Notes: generated by a model not told the origin, from the sequence alone. Counted from the stretch's first letter, positions 18,971 through 28,590 are shown. The stretch: DNA of 64,000 nt from an uncultured Planctomycetia bacterium (GCA_964430735.1 CAYSFB010000004.1:168040-232039); one strand, 5' to 3'. A program made the numbers and translations.

Positions 18971-19723
18971 ATGGAAAATTACAAACCCCTCCGTGATTCC
19001 CAGATCGTCGTACTCGGTATTTGTATCGTGGTCGCTACCGTCGCCGCCTCGCTGATCCTATCCAAAGGGTTTTTACGCGTCACACAATTCAGCCGTCAGG
19101 TCATCACCGTGACCGGATCGGCGGAAAAAAAGATCACATCCGACGCCATTGTCTGGCGCGGATCGTTCAGCCGTCGCGATGCGGACATGACCGTCGCGTA
19201 CGCGAAGCTCAAGGAGGATCTTGCGGCGGTCCGTGCGTATCTGGAGGAAAAGGGGATCGCCGACGGCGATGTCTATGAGTCGGCCGTTTCGACGGAGATC
19301 CTCTATAAAAAATCCTCGAAAGGCAACGATACGAACGAAATCGAAGCCTACCGCCTTTCGATGGCCGTCGAAGTCCGCTCGAATCAGGTGGATGCCGCCG
19401 AAGCGCTGTCGCGCGAATCCACCGAGCTCATCCAGCAGGGGATCGAATTCATCTCGCAGTCGCCGGAATATTTTTATACGAAGTTGCCGGAGCTCAAGCT
19501 CGAGATGCTGTCGGAGGCGGCCGCCAACGCGAAGTCACGCGCCGAGCGCATGGCGCAGGCGACCGGCGCCCGTGTGGGAGCGATGCGCTCCGCCCAGATG
19601 GGCGTGTTTCAGATCACGCCGGTCAACTCCACGGAAGTTTCGGATTGGGGCGTCAACGACACCAGCTCGCTCGAAAAGCGCGTGACGGCTGTCGTCCGCG
19701 CCGAATTCTCGGTGGTGTCCTAA
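18971..19723 (+). CDS. SIMPL domain protein (DUF541, 26-kDa periplasmic immunogenic protein family)
   Basis: N-terminal TM anchor and a SIMPL-like sequence. Extended -10 (TGATATAAT, 18957-18965) ends 6 nt before the ATG. Confidence 0.75.
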   Translation: MENYKPLRDSQIVVLGICIVVATVAASLILSKGFLRVTQFSRQVITVTGSAEKKITSDAIVWRGSFSRRDADMTVAYAKLKEDLAAVRAYLEEKGIADGDVYESAVSTEILYKKSSKGNDTNEIEAYRLSMAVEVRSNQVDAAEALSRESTELIQQGIEFISQSPEYFYTKLPELKLEMLSEAAANAKSRAERMAQATGARVGAMRSAQMGVFQITPVNSTEVSDWGVNDTSSLEKRVTAVVRAEFSVVS

Positions 19724-20169
19724 TGGCGGAAATGAAGCGCAGCGCGCGGCTCCGCAAGATTCTCGCGAACGATCCCGCTTTTACGAACGTGCTGGTCGGC
19801 ATCCTGATGCTGTTCTACGAGTCGTTGTGGATCGTCGTGCTGTACGACAGCGGTCGGATGGTGATGGGGCGGAACTTCGGCTGGGACATGCAGATCATCA
19901 TGGCTGGCATCACCGTTATCCTGACGGCACCCTTTTTGCTCTCGAGCCTTTTCCTGGCGTCCTCCATGACGGACACCGCCCGGCGCATCGTCTGGATCTG
20001 CAGCGTGCTCATCGGCGCGGCTGCCCTCATTTTTGCCGCGGGCGTGTGGCTCGAAACAGGGTCGGACCTCAAGCCGGTTCATCTGGTCAGCCGCATGCCA
20101 TGGATCCTCTTCGGCATTTTTACCGTCGTCCGTATCCGCATGCTCAAAACCCGCATCATCGAGGATTAA
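19723..20169 (+). CDS. Hypothetical 4-TM membrane protein
   Basis: ATG overlaps the SIMPL TAA by one nt; four hydrophobic segments. Confidence 0.5.
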   Translation: MAEMKRSARLRKILANDPAFTNVLVGILMLFYESLWIVVLYDSGRMVMGRNFGWDMQIIMAGITVILTAPFLLSSLFLASSMTDTARRIVWICSVLIGAAALIFAAGVWLETGSDLKPVHLVSRMPWILFGIFTVVRIRMLKTRIIED

Positions 20170-20173
20170 AACG

Positions 20174-20458
20174 ATGAACGCCAAGCCCATCATCGCGATT
20201 GAGTATTGCGTGCAATGCCGATGGCTGCTTCGGGCGGCTTATTTTGCCCAGGAGCTTCTGACGACGTTTGAGCAGGAGGCCGGCGGCGTGATGCTGGTTC
20301 CGGGGATCGGCGGAGTGTTCGATGTGCGGATCGAGGGGGCTGTGGTCTGGTCGCGCGCCGAGCGCAACGGCTTTCCGGACATCAAGGAGCTCAAGCAGAT
20401 CGTCCGGGATCGGATCGCGCCGGGCAAGAGCCTCGGGCACTCCGAAAAATCAGCTTAA
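20174..20458 (+). CDS. SelW-like Rdx-family protein (Cys homologue of selenoprotein W, CxxC)
   Basis: IEYCVQCRWLLRAAYFAQELLTTFE matches the bacterial SelW-like family closely, with Cys in place of Sec. Confidence 0.75.
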   Translation: MNAKPIIAIEYCVQCRWLLRAAYFAQELLTTFEQEAGGVMLVPGIGGVFDVRIEGAVVWSRAERNGFPDIKELKQIVRDRIAPGKSLGHSEKSA

Positions 20459-20866
20459 GAACCGGTCCTTGTATCTGGGATCAGGCAGGGGGCAGCGGTC
20501 GAGTTTGCCGAACCAGCGGTAACGCCGCTTGGCGATGAAGTCATAAACAGCGTCGCGAAGCCCTCGCGGCAGAACTCGGAGGCATCCGAGAGCGGACCAG
20601 GGTCCGCCGAGGCGGCGGACGATTTGGAACCAGGCGTCCGATTTTTCCCAGATCTCGTTTCCGTCGACGAGATAAACGCTGGCCGGGGTTTCTCCCCGGT
20701 TCTGCAGGCGCGGAGGCAGAAGGCGTCTGGCTGACTCGGATTGCAGGGAGGCGAAGCGGAATACTCCGGCAGCGTCGCGCTTCAGGATCCAGCGGACGGA
20801 CCGGTTACAAAGGTTGCAGACTCCGTCGAACAGGACGACGGGCGGGTTGTGGATCGTGTCGCTCAT
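20450..20866 (-). CDS. Thiol-disulfide oxidoreductase DCC family (DUF393)
   Basis: VLFDGVCNLCN motif. Start ATG at 20866; the longer track ORF is an antisense over-extension. Convergent 9-nt overlap with the SelW-like gene. Confidence 0.75.
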   Translation of the reverse strand: MSDTIHNPPVVLFDGVCNLCNRSVRWILKRDAAGVFRFASLQSESARRLLPPRLQNRGETPASVYLVDGNEIWEKSDAWFQIVRRLGGPWSALGCLRVLPRGLRDAVYDFIAKRRYRWFGKLDRCPLPDPRYKDRFLS

Positions 20867-20905
20867 TTGATATATTTTAACAGAACCAACCGATGGGCTT
20901 GTAAT

Positions 20906-21289
20906 ATGGAACCCGAAAAAACTCCGTTCATGGATCGTCGCAAATACATCCGCCTGACGGATACGCTCATTGTCCGCTGTGCCCGTTTGAGTTTGCCGCC
21001 GGCGCTGACCCCCATCGAAGCTCACTGGATGGCTTCGACGATCGATGTGAGCGAAGGCGGTGTCCTGCTCCGCTCGCCCGAGCGTCTCAAGCTGGGCGAG
21101 GGGATCGAAATTCTGTTCGAGCTCGATCGCACCAACCCTCCCATCAAAGTACAGGCCAACGTTGTTCGTTACCACGCCGTGATGTACGACAAAATCTACT
21201 ATGTACCCGCCGCCTTCACCGCGATGAACCCGGCTGACCGCGACCGCCTCAAGGCGTACCTTTCCCGCCACGCCGCCAAGACCGCCTGA
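20906..21289 (+). CDS. PilZ domain protein (c-di-GMP binding candidate)
   Basis: RxxxR-like region KYIRLTD and D/NxSxxG-like region DVSEGG. Confidence 0.65.
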   Translation: MEPEKTPFMDRRKYIRLTDTLIVRCARLSLPPALTPIEAHWMASTIDVSEGGVLLRSPERLKLGEGIEILFELDRTNPPIKVQANVVRYHAVMYDKIYYVPAAFTAMNPADRDRLKAYLSRHAAKTA

Positions 21290-21300
21290 CCTGGACTGCT

Positions 21301-21645
21301 ATGAGCGCTTCCTTGTGGACGCCCATCCTCCTGCTCGTGATCTCCAATATCTTCATGACCTTCGCCTGGTACGGACATCTCAAGTTCAAGCATTTTCCGC
21401 TGTGGCAGGTGATTCTCGTCAGCTGGCTCATCGCGTTCGCAGAATACTGCTTCCAAGTGCCTGCCAACCGGATGGGGCATGCCGTCTTGAGCGCGGCCCA
21501 GCTCAAGACGATCCAGGAGATCGTGACGCTGGTCGTGTTCAGTTTTTTTTCGGTGCTTTATCTGAAGGAAGACTTTAAATGGAATTACGCGGTGGGATTC
21601 GCGCTCATCGTCGCGGCCGCGTTTTTTATCTTCAAGAAGTGGTAG
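21301..21645 (+). CDS. DMT-superfamily small membrane protein (DUF486-like)
   Basis: 114 aa with 4 TM segments and a DUF486-like sequence. Confidence 0.65.
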   Translation: MSASLWTPILLLVISNIFMTFAWYGHLKFKHFPLWQVILVSWLIAFAEYCFQVPANRMGHAVLSAAQLKTIQEIVTLVVFSFFSVLYLKEDFKWNYAVGFALIVAAAFFIFKKW

Positions 21646-22324
21646 GCGGGTTTACGGGCTGATTCCAGAAGCTCATCCTCCGGATGACGAGATAGCCGGC
21701 CGAGGTGCATCCGACCGCCGCCGCCGGCACCAGCATCGCCAGATAGCCCCACCGTCCGAACGTCAGCACCCCCAGGATCCCACCTCCGACGAACGATAGT
21801 GCCAATGTCGCCAGCAGCCGGAATCGCAGCAGGTCGACCTTGAGGCCCCGCGCCGCCTGACCCGCGATCGCCCCGAGATCCGTCAAAATTCCCGTCATGT
21901 GTGTCGTGCGGACGATCGATCCGCTGTACGTGCTCACCATCGCGTTCTGAAGTCCCGCAGCCATGGCCGCCAGCCGCTCGCCCCACAAGGAGTGCCACAT
22001 AAACCCGGCGGTTGCTCCGGCAAGCAGAGCCGCTTCCAGTGCCAGTGCCAGGCCGTAACGCCGGCCCATCTTGAGATGGCCGTCGTGGATGATCATTCCG
22101 CAGGCCATCGCGCCCGCGAAAAACGAACCCAGCATCAGGGCCGCGTTGCGGGCATGGGCGGAGTCCCGGTCGAACAGGCCGATGGAGAGGTGGGTGAAGA
22201 TGCCCGTCATGTGCGTCGCCGCCTGATGGGTGAAGCTTAAAAAAGCGATGGCGTTGACCATGCCGGCCACGCAGGCGAGGATGGCGCCGCCGACCCAGAT
22301 CCAGCGCGGGAGTTTGTGCAGCAT
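21632..22324 (-). CDS. YoaK/DUF1275 family membrane protein
   Basis: ATG at 22324 (MLHKLPRW...) and multiple TM helices. The track ORF is 5'-over-extended. Confidence 0.65.
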   Translation of the reverse strand: MLHKLPRWIWVGGAILACVAGMVNAIAFLSFTHQAATHMTGIFTHLSIGLFDRDSAHARNAALMLGSFFAGAMACGMIIHDGHLKMGRRYGLALALEAALLAGATAGFMWHSLWGERLAAMAAGLQNAMVSTYSGSIVRTTHMTGILTDLGAIAGQAARGLKVDLLRFRLLATLALSFVGGGILGVLTFGRWGYLAMLVPAAAVGCTSAGYLVIRRMSFWNQPVNPPTTS

Positions 22325-22346
22325 AGCTTCCTTTATAACACAGCCG

Positions 22347-23666
22347 TCAATTGCCGGTCTTTTCGGTGATCGGCCGGATGCCGGCGACGCTGAAAAACAG
22401 ATCCTTGCTCGATACGTCGCGCGTGCCGGCGCGGACTTCGCGGAACCGGCGCGACAGAATGAAGTGCATGCCGAACCGCATCGCCGAGCCAAACAGGAAC
22501 AGCGTCGCAATCCGGAATTCGAACCACACCGGAACGTGATCGGCCAGGTAGCCGCCGAGTGTGGCGCCCAGGAAGAGCGCCGAGCCGTTCAGCAGACTGA
22601 AGTAGGCGAGGCAGCGCACGCGCTTCTCGGGCGTCACCGCGTCAAAAATGTAATTGGCCGAGCAGAGGTTGAAGCCGCCCCACACGAACCCGCCGAACAA
22701 TTCGCAGACGAGCAGGATTCTGAGGTCCGTGACGAACATCCAGTAAATCGGGATGATCGGCAGGAGCAGGCTTGTCGTTTTGAGGACGCGCGCGTTGCCG
22801 ACGATGTCCGCGTGGCGGCCCCAGATCGGAAACGATACGAACTGAGCGACCTGCGATGTCAGAAAAACGCTCATGTATTCGACATAATTGAGGCGGAGGT
22901 TGTCGAGCAGGTGGACGCCGACGTAAGGCGCCGTCAGATGCGCCGCGAAGGTGATGCCGGAAACGTACAGCGCAAAACGGACAAAATTGGATTCCCGGAA
23001 CCGGGACATGAATTGCCAGAACGTGAAGTCGTCCGCCGGTTTGCGTTCGAGCGGCAGATCCTCCATCCGGGTCATGAGCCACGCGGAAACGAGGCGCGAC
23101 ACGGCCGTCGCCAGGAAAAGAAGGCAAAAGCCGGTTTCCGGCGACCGGGCTTTGAAGACTTCCAGAAGCACACCCCCGAGCACGAGACCGGTCACGCCGG
23201 AGAGTCCGGCGATCCGGTTCCGCCAGCCGAGATATTTGCCCCGCTCTTCGGGGAGCAGATAGTCGCTCATGAGGCTGCCCCAGACCGTGGCAATGAGGTT
23301 GCTCAGGACGCGGAACAGCATCACGAGCGAAATGAAGATCCAGACGCGGTGCGGGGTGTCCAGAAACGGCAGGAAGGCCACCGGGAGCAGAACGAGCGCC
23401 TGCAGGACGCAGCCTCCGACCAAAAACTTGAGCCGGCTGCCCATGAAGTCGACGGCTTTGACCGCGAAGAGCTGCGCGGCCGAGCTCATCAGGTGCGGGA
23501 CGGCGACGAGAAGGCCAATCTCGTGGATCCGGGCTCCGAGCAGGAGTCCCAGCGGGATCAGGTAATAGTCCGTGACGCTGATCATCACGGCCGCCGGAAT
23601 CCCTTCTTTCCAGGAAGCGTTCAGGCTGCGGCCGTGATTTGCGAAGGAGAGGAGTTTTTTTAACAT
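22347..23666 (-). CDS. MFS transporter
   Basis: 12-TM pattern. ATG at 23666 (MLKKLLSF...); upstream residues of the track ORF would overlap tRNA-His. Confidence 0.8.
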   Translation of the reverse strand: MLKKLLSFANHGRSLNASWKEGIPAAVMISVTDYYLIPLGLLLGARIHEIGLLVAVPHLMSSAAQLFAVKAVDFMGSRLKFLVGGCVLQALVLLPVAFLPFLDTPHRVWIFISLVMLFRVLSNLIATVWGSLMSDYLLPEERGKYLGWRNRIAGLSGVTGLVLGGVLLEVFKARSPETGFCLLFLATAVSRLVSAWLMTRMEDLPLERKPADDFTFWQFMSRFRESNFVRFALYVSGITFAAHLTAPYVGVHLLDNLRLNYVEYMSVFLTSQVAQFVSFPIWGRHADIVGNARVLKTTSLLLPIIPIYWMFVTDLRILLVCELFGGFVWGGFNLCSANYIFDAVTPEKRVRCLAYFSLLNGSALFLGATLGGYLADHVPVWFEFRIATLFLFGSAMRFGMHFILSRRFREVRAGTRDVSSKDLFFSVAGIRPITEKTGN

Positions 23667-23672
23667 GAAAAA

Positions 23673-23750
23673 TGGGGTGAGCGACGGGATTCGAACCCGC
23701 GACCTCAAGAGCCACAATCTTGCGCTCTAACCAGCTGAGCTACGCCCACC
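23673..23750 (-). tRNA. tRNA-His (anticodon GTG) with G-1 and an encoded CCA
   Basis: Reverse complement folds into a cloverleaf: G-1, acceptor GTGGGCG/CGCTCAC, anticodon loop TTGTGGC, discriminator C, CCA. Confidence 0.9.
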
Positions 23751-23833
23751 ATGAATGAGGAAGGGAATAACGATACTACAAGTCCGGGGATAACTCAAGG
23801 CGAGGCGGCGCAGATTCGCGCGGCCGGGGGAGG

Positions 23834-25015
23834 CTATTGCGGGTTCATGATCTGGCTGACGACGTCCTCGATCTTGTTTTTTTTCAAGAGGTCCTTCCAG
23901 TTCTGCTTGTTGAGCAGGTCCGACTCCCCGGAAGCGATCTGGTTGACGGTGTTCCGGACGGTGGACTCAAAGTACGCGGCGAATGTCGCACGGATCGAAC
24001 GGTGAAGGCTCCGGCGGAGGACTTCACGGAACGGAACGCTCGGGTCGCGCAGATCCATCTCCATCACCAGGTCCAGAGTCAGATTTCCGGCATCGTTCGC
24101 GAGGATGTTGCGGATCAGGTTGGCGTCGAAGCCCATGAGCTGGTTGCCGTCCTCGGACTTGTCGAACGTCAGCCGGCGGATCGTCCATTTGGAATTGGCG
24201 GTCAGAATGCCGGCCGGACTTTGGGCGGAAGCGACGATGTCCAATTCGCCGTCGGAGATCCGGGACGGCGTGACGGTCCGGTAGTAAGGTTCGAAATACG
24301 GAAGGCTGACGCCGGTGAGTTGAAGCGACGTCCGGCCTTCGAGTTTTTCGCGGATCCAGTCGCCTTCGAGCTTGAGGCGCGCCGCCGGCGTATCCCGCCC
24401 CTGGTCGAGCAGGGCTTCGACCGTGTAGGCGAGCCGGCTTCCGTCGGAGGGGAGGGCCAGGTCGTGCAAGTCGGCGGACAGGCGCAGCAGCGTGACCACG
24501 AAGCCTTTGCGGTCCGCGTCGTAGTCCATGAACTGGACTTCGCCGTCGCGGATGAGGACACGGTCGAATTTGAGCGGTGGCACGACGCCTCGCCGCGCCG
24601 GGCCGGCGGTGCCGGAGGCGGCATCCGCGGCGGCCGAGCCGGCCGGACGGATCCGGAAAGCGTGATAGAGCTTGCCGAGCGATTTGCGGAAGATGACGCG
24701 CGGACGGGTGAGTTCCAACTGTGTGAACAGGATTTTTTTGGACGTGACGAAGGTCCAGGCGTCGACGGACGCGACCGCCCGTTCGACATAAAACGCAGCC
24801 TCGCCCTTGAACGGCTCGTTTTCGGCGATGAGGAGCCGGTTCATCTCGACCCGGAGGGGGAATCGGACGCGGAGCGACTCGATGGACACCTCGCGGCCGA
24901 GCGTCTGTCGCAGGTTGCGAACGACCAGGTCCGGGAGGTTGCGGGCGGCCAGCGCGACGGCCAGGGCCCCCACGAGAGCGGCCAAAACGGCCGTGATCAG
25001 TAATTTTTTAACCAT
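23834..25015 (-). CDS. Membrane-anchored hypothetical protein (DUF748/AsmA-like?)
   Basis: ATG at 25015 (MVKKLLITAVLAALVGA...); single N-terminal TM then a large periplasmic domain. Confidence 0.45.
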   Translation of the reverse strand: MVKKLLITAVLAALVGALAVALAARNLPDLVVRNLRQTLGREVSIESLRVRFPLRVEMNRLLIAENEPFKGEAAFYVERAVASVDAWTFVTSKKILFTQLELTRPRVIFRKSLGKLYHAFRIRPAGSAAADAASGTAGPARRGVVPPLKFDRVLIRDGEVQFMDYDADRKGFVVTLLRLSADLHDLALPSDGSRLAYTVEALLDQGRDTPAARLKLEGDWIREKLEGRTSLQLTGVSLPYFEPYYRTVTPSRISDGELDIVASAQSPAGILTANSKWTIRRLTFDKSEDGNQLMGFDANLIRNILANDAGNLTLDLVMEMDLRDPSVPFREVLRRSLHRSIRATFAAYFESTVRNTVNQIASGESDLLNKQNWKDLLKKNKIEDVVSQIMNPQ

Positions 25016-25049
25016 GCATGATTTTATCACAGGTGTAGAATAGCTCCAG

Positions 25050-26492
25050 ATGAAGACCCGCAACGCCCTCGTCTGGTTCCGCCGCGACCTGCGCGATTTT
25101 GACCACGCCGCGCTCTATCACGCCCTCAAAGATTCCGAACGGGTGTTCTGCCTCTTCGTGTTCGACACCGACATCCTGGACCGTCTGCCGTCCCGCTCGG
25201 ACCGGCGCGTGGACTTCATTGTCCGGTCGATCGACGAACTGCGCGCGTCGCTGCGGTCCAAAGGCGGCGATCTCTGGATCCTGCACGGATCCGCCCGCGA
25301 AGCGGTCCCGGCCGCCGCGCGCCGCCTCGGTGTGCAGGCTGTTTGGACGAACCACGACTACGAACCCTCCGCCCGCGCCCGCGACGCCGCCGTCGAAAAA
25401 TCGCTGGCCTCGGCCGGCATCGGCTTCCGGACGTTCAAGGATCAGGCCGTTTTCGAAAAAGAAGAAATCCTCACCGGACAAGGAACACCCTTCAAGGTTT
25501 TTACCGCGTACAAAAACGCGTGGCTGGAAAAAGCGTCCGCTTTTTATCTCAAGTCCTACCCTGTGGAAAAATACGTCTCCGCTCTGGCGGCACCCGGGGA
25601 TTATCCCGAAAAGACGCGCGCCTGGACGCTGAAGGAGCTGGGATTCGAGCCGACCGACCTGGACGCGCACGGCATTCGCGCCGGGATGAGCGGCGGACGG
25701 GCGTTGTTCGCGGATTTTGCGAAGCGCATCGACGCTTACAAGGAGCTGCGGGATTTTCCGGCGCGCAAGGGCCCATCCTATCTGTCGACGCATCTGAGGT
25801 TCGGCACCGTTTCGATCCGCGAGTTGGCGCGGGAGGCCGAGCGCCGCGCGGCCAAGTCCAAGGGGGCGGACACCTGGCTGGGGGAGCTGATCTGGAGGGA
25901 CTTTTATTTCATGATCCTCTGGACGCATCCGCGGGTGGAGAAGCACGCGTATTTGGAAAAATTCGATGCGATCCCGTTTCCGAACGACGCCAAAAAGTTC
26001 AAGGCCTGGTGCGAAGGCCGGACCGGCTATCCGATCGTCGACGCGGCGATGCGCCAGCTCAACCGCACGGGCTGGATGCACAACCGGCTGCGGATGATCG
26101 CGGCGTCGTTTTTGGTGAAGGATCTGCATGTGGACTGGCGGAAGGGGGAGAAGGTTTTTGCCGAGCGCCTGCTGGACTTCGACCTCTCGGCGAACAACGG
26201 CGGCTGGCAATGGTCGGCTTCCACCGGTTGTGACGCTCAGCCGTATTTCCGGATCTTCAACCCCGTCACTCAGTCGGAGCGTTTCGATCACCAGGGGGAA
26301 TTCATCCGGCGTTATGTTCCGGAAGTCGCCGGCTTTTCGGACAAAAAAATTCATGCTCCCTGGACCGCTTCCGCGGCTGAGCAGGAGGCGGCCGGTTGCC
26401 GGATCGGCGCGGATTACCCTTCGCCCGTTGTCGACCATGCCGCCGCGCGCGCCGTCGCACTCGAGCTTTTTAACCTCAAGGAAATAAAATAA
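25050..26492 (+). CDS. Deoxyribodipyrimidine photolyase / cryptochrome family
   Basis: Photolyase N-terminal region (VWFRRDLRDFDHAAL) and FAD-binding domain motifs (WREFY-like, GWMHNRLRM). Confidence 0.9.
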   Translation: MKTRNALVWFRRDLRDFDHAALYHALKDSERVFCLFVFDTDILDRLPSRSDRRVDFIVRSIDELRASLRSKGGDLWILHGSAREAVPAAARRLGVQAVWTNHDYEPSARARDAAVEKSLASAGIGFRTFKDQAVFEKEEILTGQGTPFKVFTAYKNAWLEKASAFYLKSYPVEKYVSALAAPGDYPEKTRAWTLKELGFEPTDLDAHGIRAGMSGGRALFADFAKRIDAYKELRDFPARKGPSYLSTHLRFGTVSIRELAREAERRAAKSKGADTWLGELIWRDFYFMILWTHPRVEKHAYLEKFDAIPFPNDAKKFKAWCEGRTGYPIVDAAMRQLNRTGWMHNRLRMIAASFLVKDLHVDWRKGEKVFAERLLDFDLSANNGGWQWSASTGCDAQPYFRIFNPVTQSERFDHQGEFIRRYVPEVAGFSDKKIHAPWTASAAEQEAAGCRIGADYPSPVVDHAAARAVALELFNLKEIK

Positions 26493-26947
26493 TGAAGCCC
26501 CATCGTCTGTATCGCGAGCAGATCGTTCCGCGCCCGCTTGCGGAGGTCTTTGAGTTTTTCTCCCGCCCCGAGAATCTGGCCAAGATCACACCCCAGCGCC
26601 TCGGCTTTGTCATCCTGACGCCGCCGCCCATCGTGATGAAGCCCGGGGCGATCATCGAGTATCACATCCGCGTCTTTGGCGTGAAGCTTCACTGGATCAC
26701 CGAGATCACCGTCTGCGAGCCGCCGCACCGCTTCGTCGACCGGCAGATGAAGGGGCCGTACAAAACCTGGCATCATACACACACATTCAAGGCGCTCGAC
26801 GCGAACCGGACGCTGATAACGGACGAGGTGCTGTACGAGCTGCCGCTCGGCCTCCTGGGCCTTGTTCCGTACGGGATCTTCGTCAAAAAGGACGTGGAAT
26901 CCATTTTTGAGCACCGTCGCAAGGTCATCTCCGACCTCTTTCGCTAG
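26492..26947 (+). CDS. SRPBCC family protein (polyketide cyclase/dehydrase-like)
   Basis: Typical ~150-aa SRPBCC pattern; TAATG overlap with the photolyase gene. Confidence 0.7.
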   Translation: MKPHRLYREQIVPRPLAEVFEFFSRPENLAKITPQRLGFVILTPPPIVMKPGAIIEYHIRVFGVKLHWITEITVCEPPHRFVDRQMKGPYKTWHHTHTFKALDANRTLITDEVLYELPLGLLGLVPYGIFVKKDVESIFEHRRKVISDLFR

Positions 26948-26976
26948 TTCAAAGCGCGTAACGTCTGATATAGAAT
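26948..26976 (+). promoter_or_regulatory. sigma70-like promoter TTCAAA-17-TAGAAT; the -10 ends 6 nt before the fur ATG (leaderless candidate)
   Basis: Read directly from the sequence. Confidence 0.4.
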
Positions 26977-26982
26977 GGTCCC

Positions 26983-27411
26983 ATGAAACAACACGGCGCT
27001 TCGTCCAGCATCCCGCAGACCATGAAGCAACTCGGCTTCAGGTGGACCCGGCCGCGCCAAGAGGTGATTGACGTGTTCAGTCGAAACTCAAAGCCGCTCA
27101 CGATCCAGGAAGTATTCGGCATGCTGGGGACCGGGGGTACCGACCTCGCCTCTGTTTACCGATCCGTTAATCTTTTTCTCAAAAGCGGCGTGATCGTGGC
27201 CGTGGACAGTGTTGCAGAGGGCCGGCGTTACGAACTTTCGGATCTGTACCGTCGTCACCATCACCATGTGATTTGTCAGGTATGCGGCGACATTCGCGAT
27301 ATCGAGCATTGCGGCTTGGGCCGATTGGAGTCTCTGATCGCGAAGCAGACCGGATATAAAATCATTCATCACGACCTTAAGTTTGTCGGTCTCTGCCGGA
27401 CGTGCCGCTAG
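26983..27411 (+). CDS. Fur family transcriptional regulator (Fur/Zur/PerR)
   Basis: DNA-binding helix region and C-terminal HHHHVICQVCG...CGL...CRTC metal sites. Confidence 0.85.
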   Translation: MKQHGASSSIPQTMKQLGFRWTRPRQEVIDVFSRNSKPLTIQEVFGMLGTGGTDLASVYRSVNLFLKSGVIVAVDSVAEGRRYELSDLYRRHHHHVICQVCGDIRDIEHCGLGRLESLIAKQTGYKIIHHDLKFVGLCRTCR

Positions 27412-27454
27412 TTTTTTTCTTTCATAAATGCGAATCAATTGCGATAATAGGAAC

Positions 27455-28135
27455 ATGATCGAACGCAAACACGAGTTCCAAACGTACGTTTACGAAGAGC
27501 TGGTGTCTCATCTGCCATTCACGTTGATCGGCGTGGGGCTGGGCGTCGCATTCGTGTTCGCGGCCATGCATTGGCAGGGGGGCGACGCTCATTTTGGCGA
27601 AGAGCAGTTCCATTGGGCGCATATCCTGCATATTTTTTTCAGCGCGGCCGCCGGCGCGGCGATCTTCCGGTCCTACCGCGATTCGGTGCTCAAGGCCATT
27701 CCCGTCGCCGCGGTGAGCGCGGTGCTCCTTTGCACGCTGAGCGACATCCTGGTTCCCTATATCGGCCTCAAGGCCGCCGGCTTCGACGCGCATCTCCACC
27801 TGTGCGCCGCCGAGCACCCGGTCCGCGTCGCGGCGTCGGCGCTTCTGGGCGTCGCGGCCGGGCTGGCGGGGCTCCGGTTCTTCGAGCATTGCAACAAAGG
27901 ATTCCATCTCATCCATCTGCTGATTTCGACGGCGGCGTCGGCGCTGTACCTGCTCGACACGATGCAGCATGCGGACCTGCAGGTCGCCGCCATCATCACG
28001 GCGACGCTTTTTTTTGCCCTGCTGCTCCCGTGTCTGATCGGCGACGTGCTGGTTCCACTGCTCTTTGTCCGGATGAAAGAACCCTACTCGCACGAACATG
28101 TCCACCACTCGGGGAAAGGGCCTCATTGCCGATGA
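27455..28135 (+). CDS. His-rich polytopic membrane protein, putative metal permease (hypothetical)
   Basis: ~6 TM segments with intramembrane His/Asp (HWQGGDAHFG, HLHLCAAEH, HLIHLL) and a C-terminal EPYSHEHVHHSGKGPHC. Start ATG 27455 is preceded by a GGAA RBS; the track start at 27428 is less likely. Confidence 0.5.
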   Translation: MIERKHEFQTYVYEELVSHLPFTLIGVGLGVAFVFAAMHWQGGDAHFGEEQFHWAHILHIFFSAAAGAAIFRSYRDSVLKAIPVAAVSAVLLCTLSDILVPYIGLKAAGFDAHLHLCAAEHPVRVAASALLGVAAGLAGLRFFEHCNKGFHLIHLLISTAASALYLLDTMQHADLQVAAIITATLFFALLLPCLIGDVLVPLLFVRMKEPYSHEHVHHSGKGPHCR

Positions 28136-28590
28136 AACGCCGCATCTGGCTGCTGCTCCTGCTGGGATCGTTCGCATGGCCGGTTTCCGCGTCGGCGGAA
28201 GGCGCGCACACGGCTTCGCATGGCGGCGCGCTGGCCGGACTGGAATACGACGGCCTCGAAGCGGCGCATTTGGAACTCGCCGCGGATCCGGCGACCGGCG
28301 CGCTGACCGTTTATCTTTTGGATGCCGAAGCCGAGGCAGCCGTCCGCATCCCTCAGGAGATCATCGAGGCGGAAGTTTATCTGCCGAACGATCCGCAGCC
28401 CGCAACCATCGAGTTCAAGGCTCAGGAAAATCCCGCGACCGGCGAGACGGCCGGCGACACGTCGGTCTTCGCCGCGCAGTCCGACCGCCTGAAGGGTGTT
28501 TCCGAATTCAAGATCACGCTGCGCTCCATCTTCATCGCCGGCGTCGAGATCGACGACACGAGCTTCGGTTACCCGGAAGGGACGCACTAA
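28132..28590 (+). CDS. Secreted or periplasmic hypothetical protein (152 aa)
   Basis: ATGA overlap with the upstream gene; signal peptide MKRRIWLLLLLGSFAWPVSASA. Confidence 0.5.
   Translation: MKRRIWLLLLLGSFAWPVSASAEGAHTASHGGALAGLEYDGLEAAHLELAADPATGALTVYLLDAEAEAAVRIPQEIIEAEVYLPNDPQPATIEFKAQENPATGETAGDTSVFAAQSDRLKGVSEFKITLRSIFIAGVEIDDTSFGYPEGTH

Noticed and set aside
22230-23717. 477-aa plus-strand ORF (22230-23663) and the 357-aa minus alternative frame (22642-23715) over the MFS transporter gene
   Set aside because: The 12-TM MFS pattern is present only in the 22347-23666 minus frame. The others are antisense or out-of-frame and low-complexity (Arg/Glu/His-rich).
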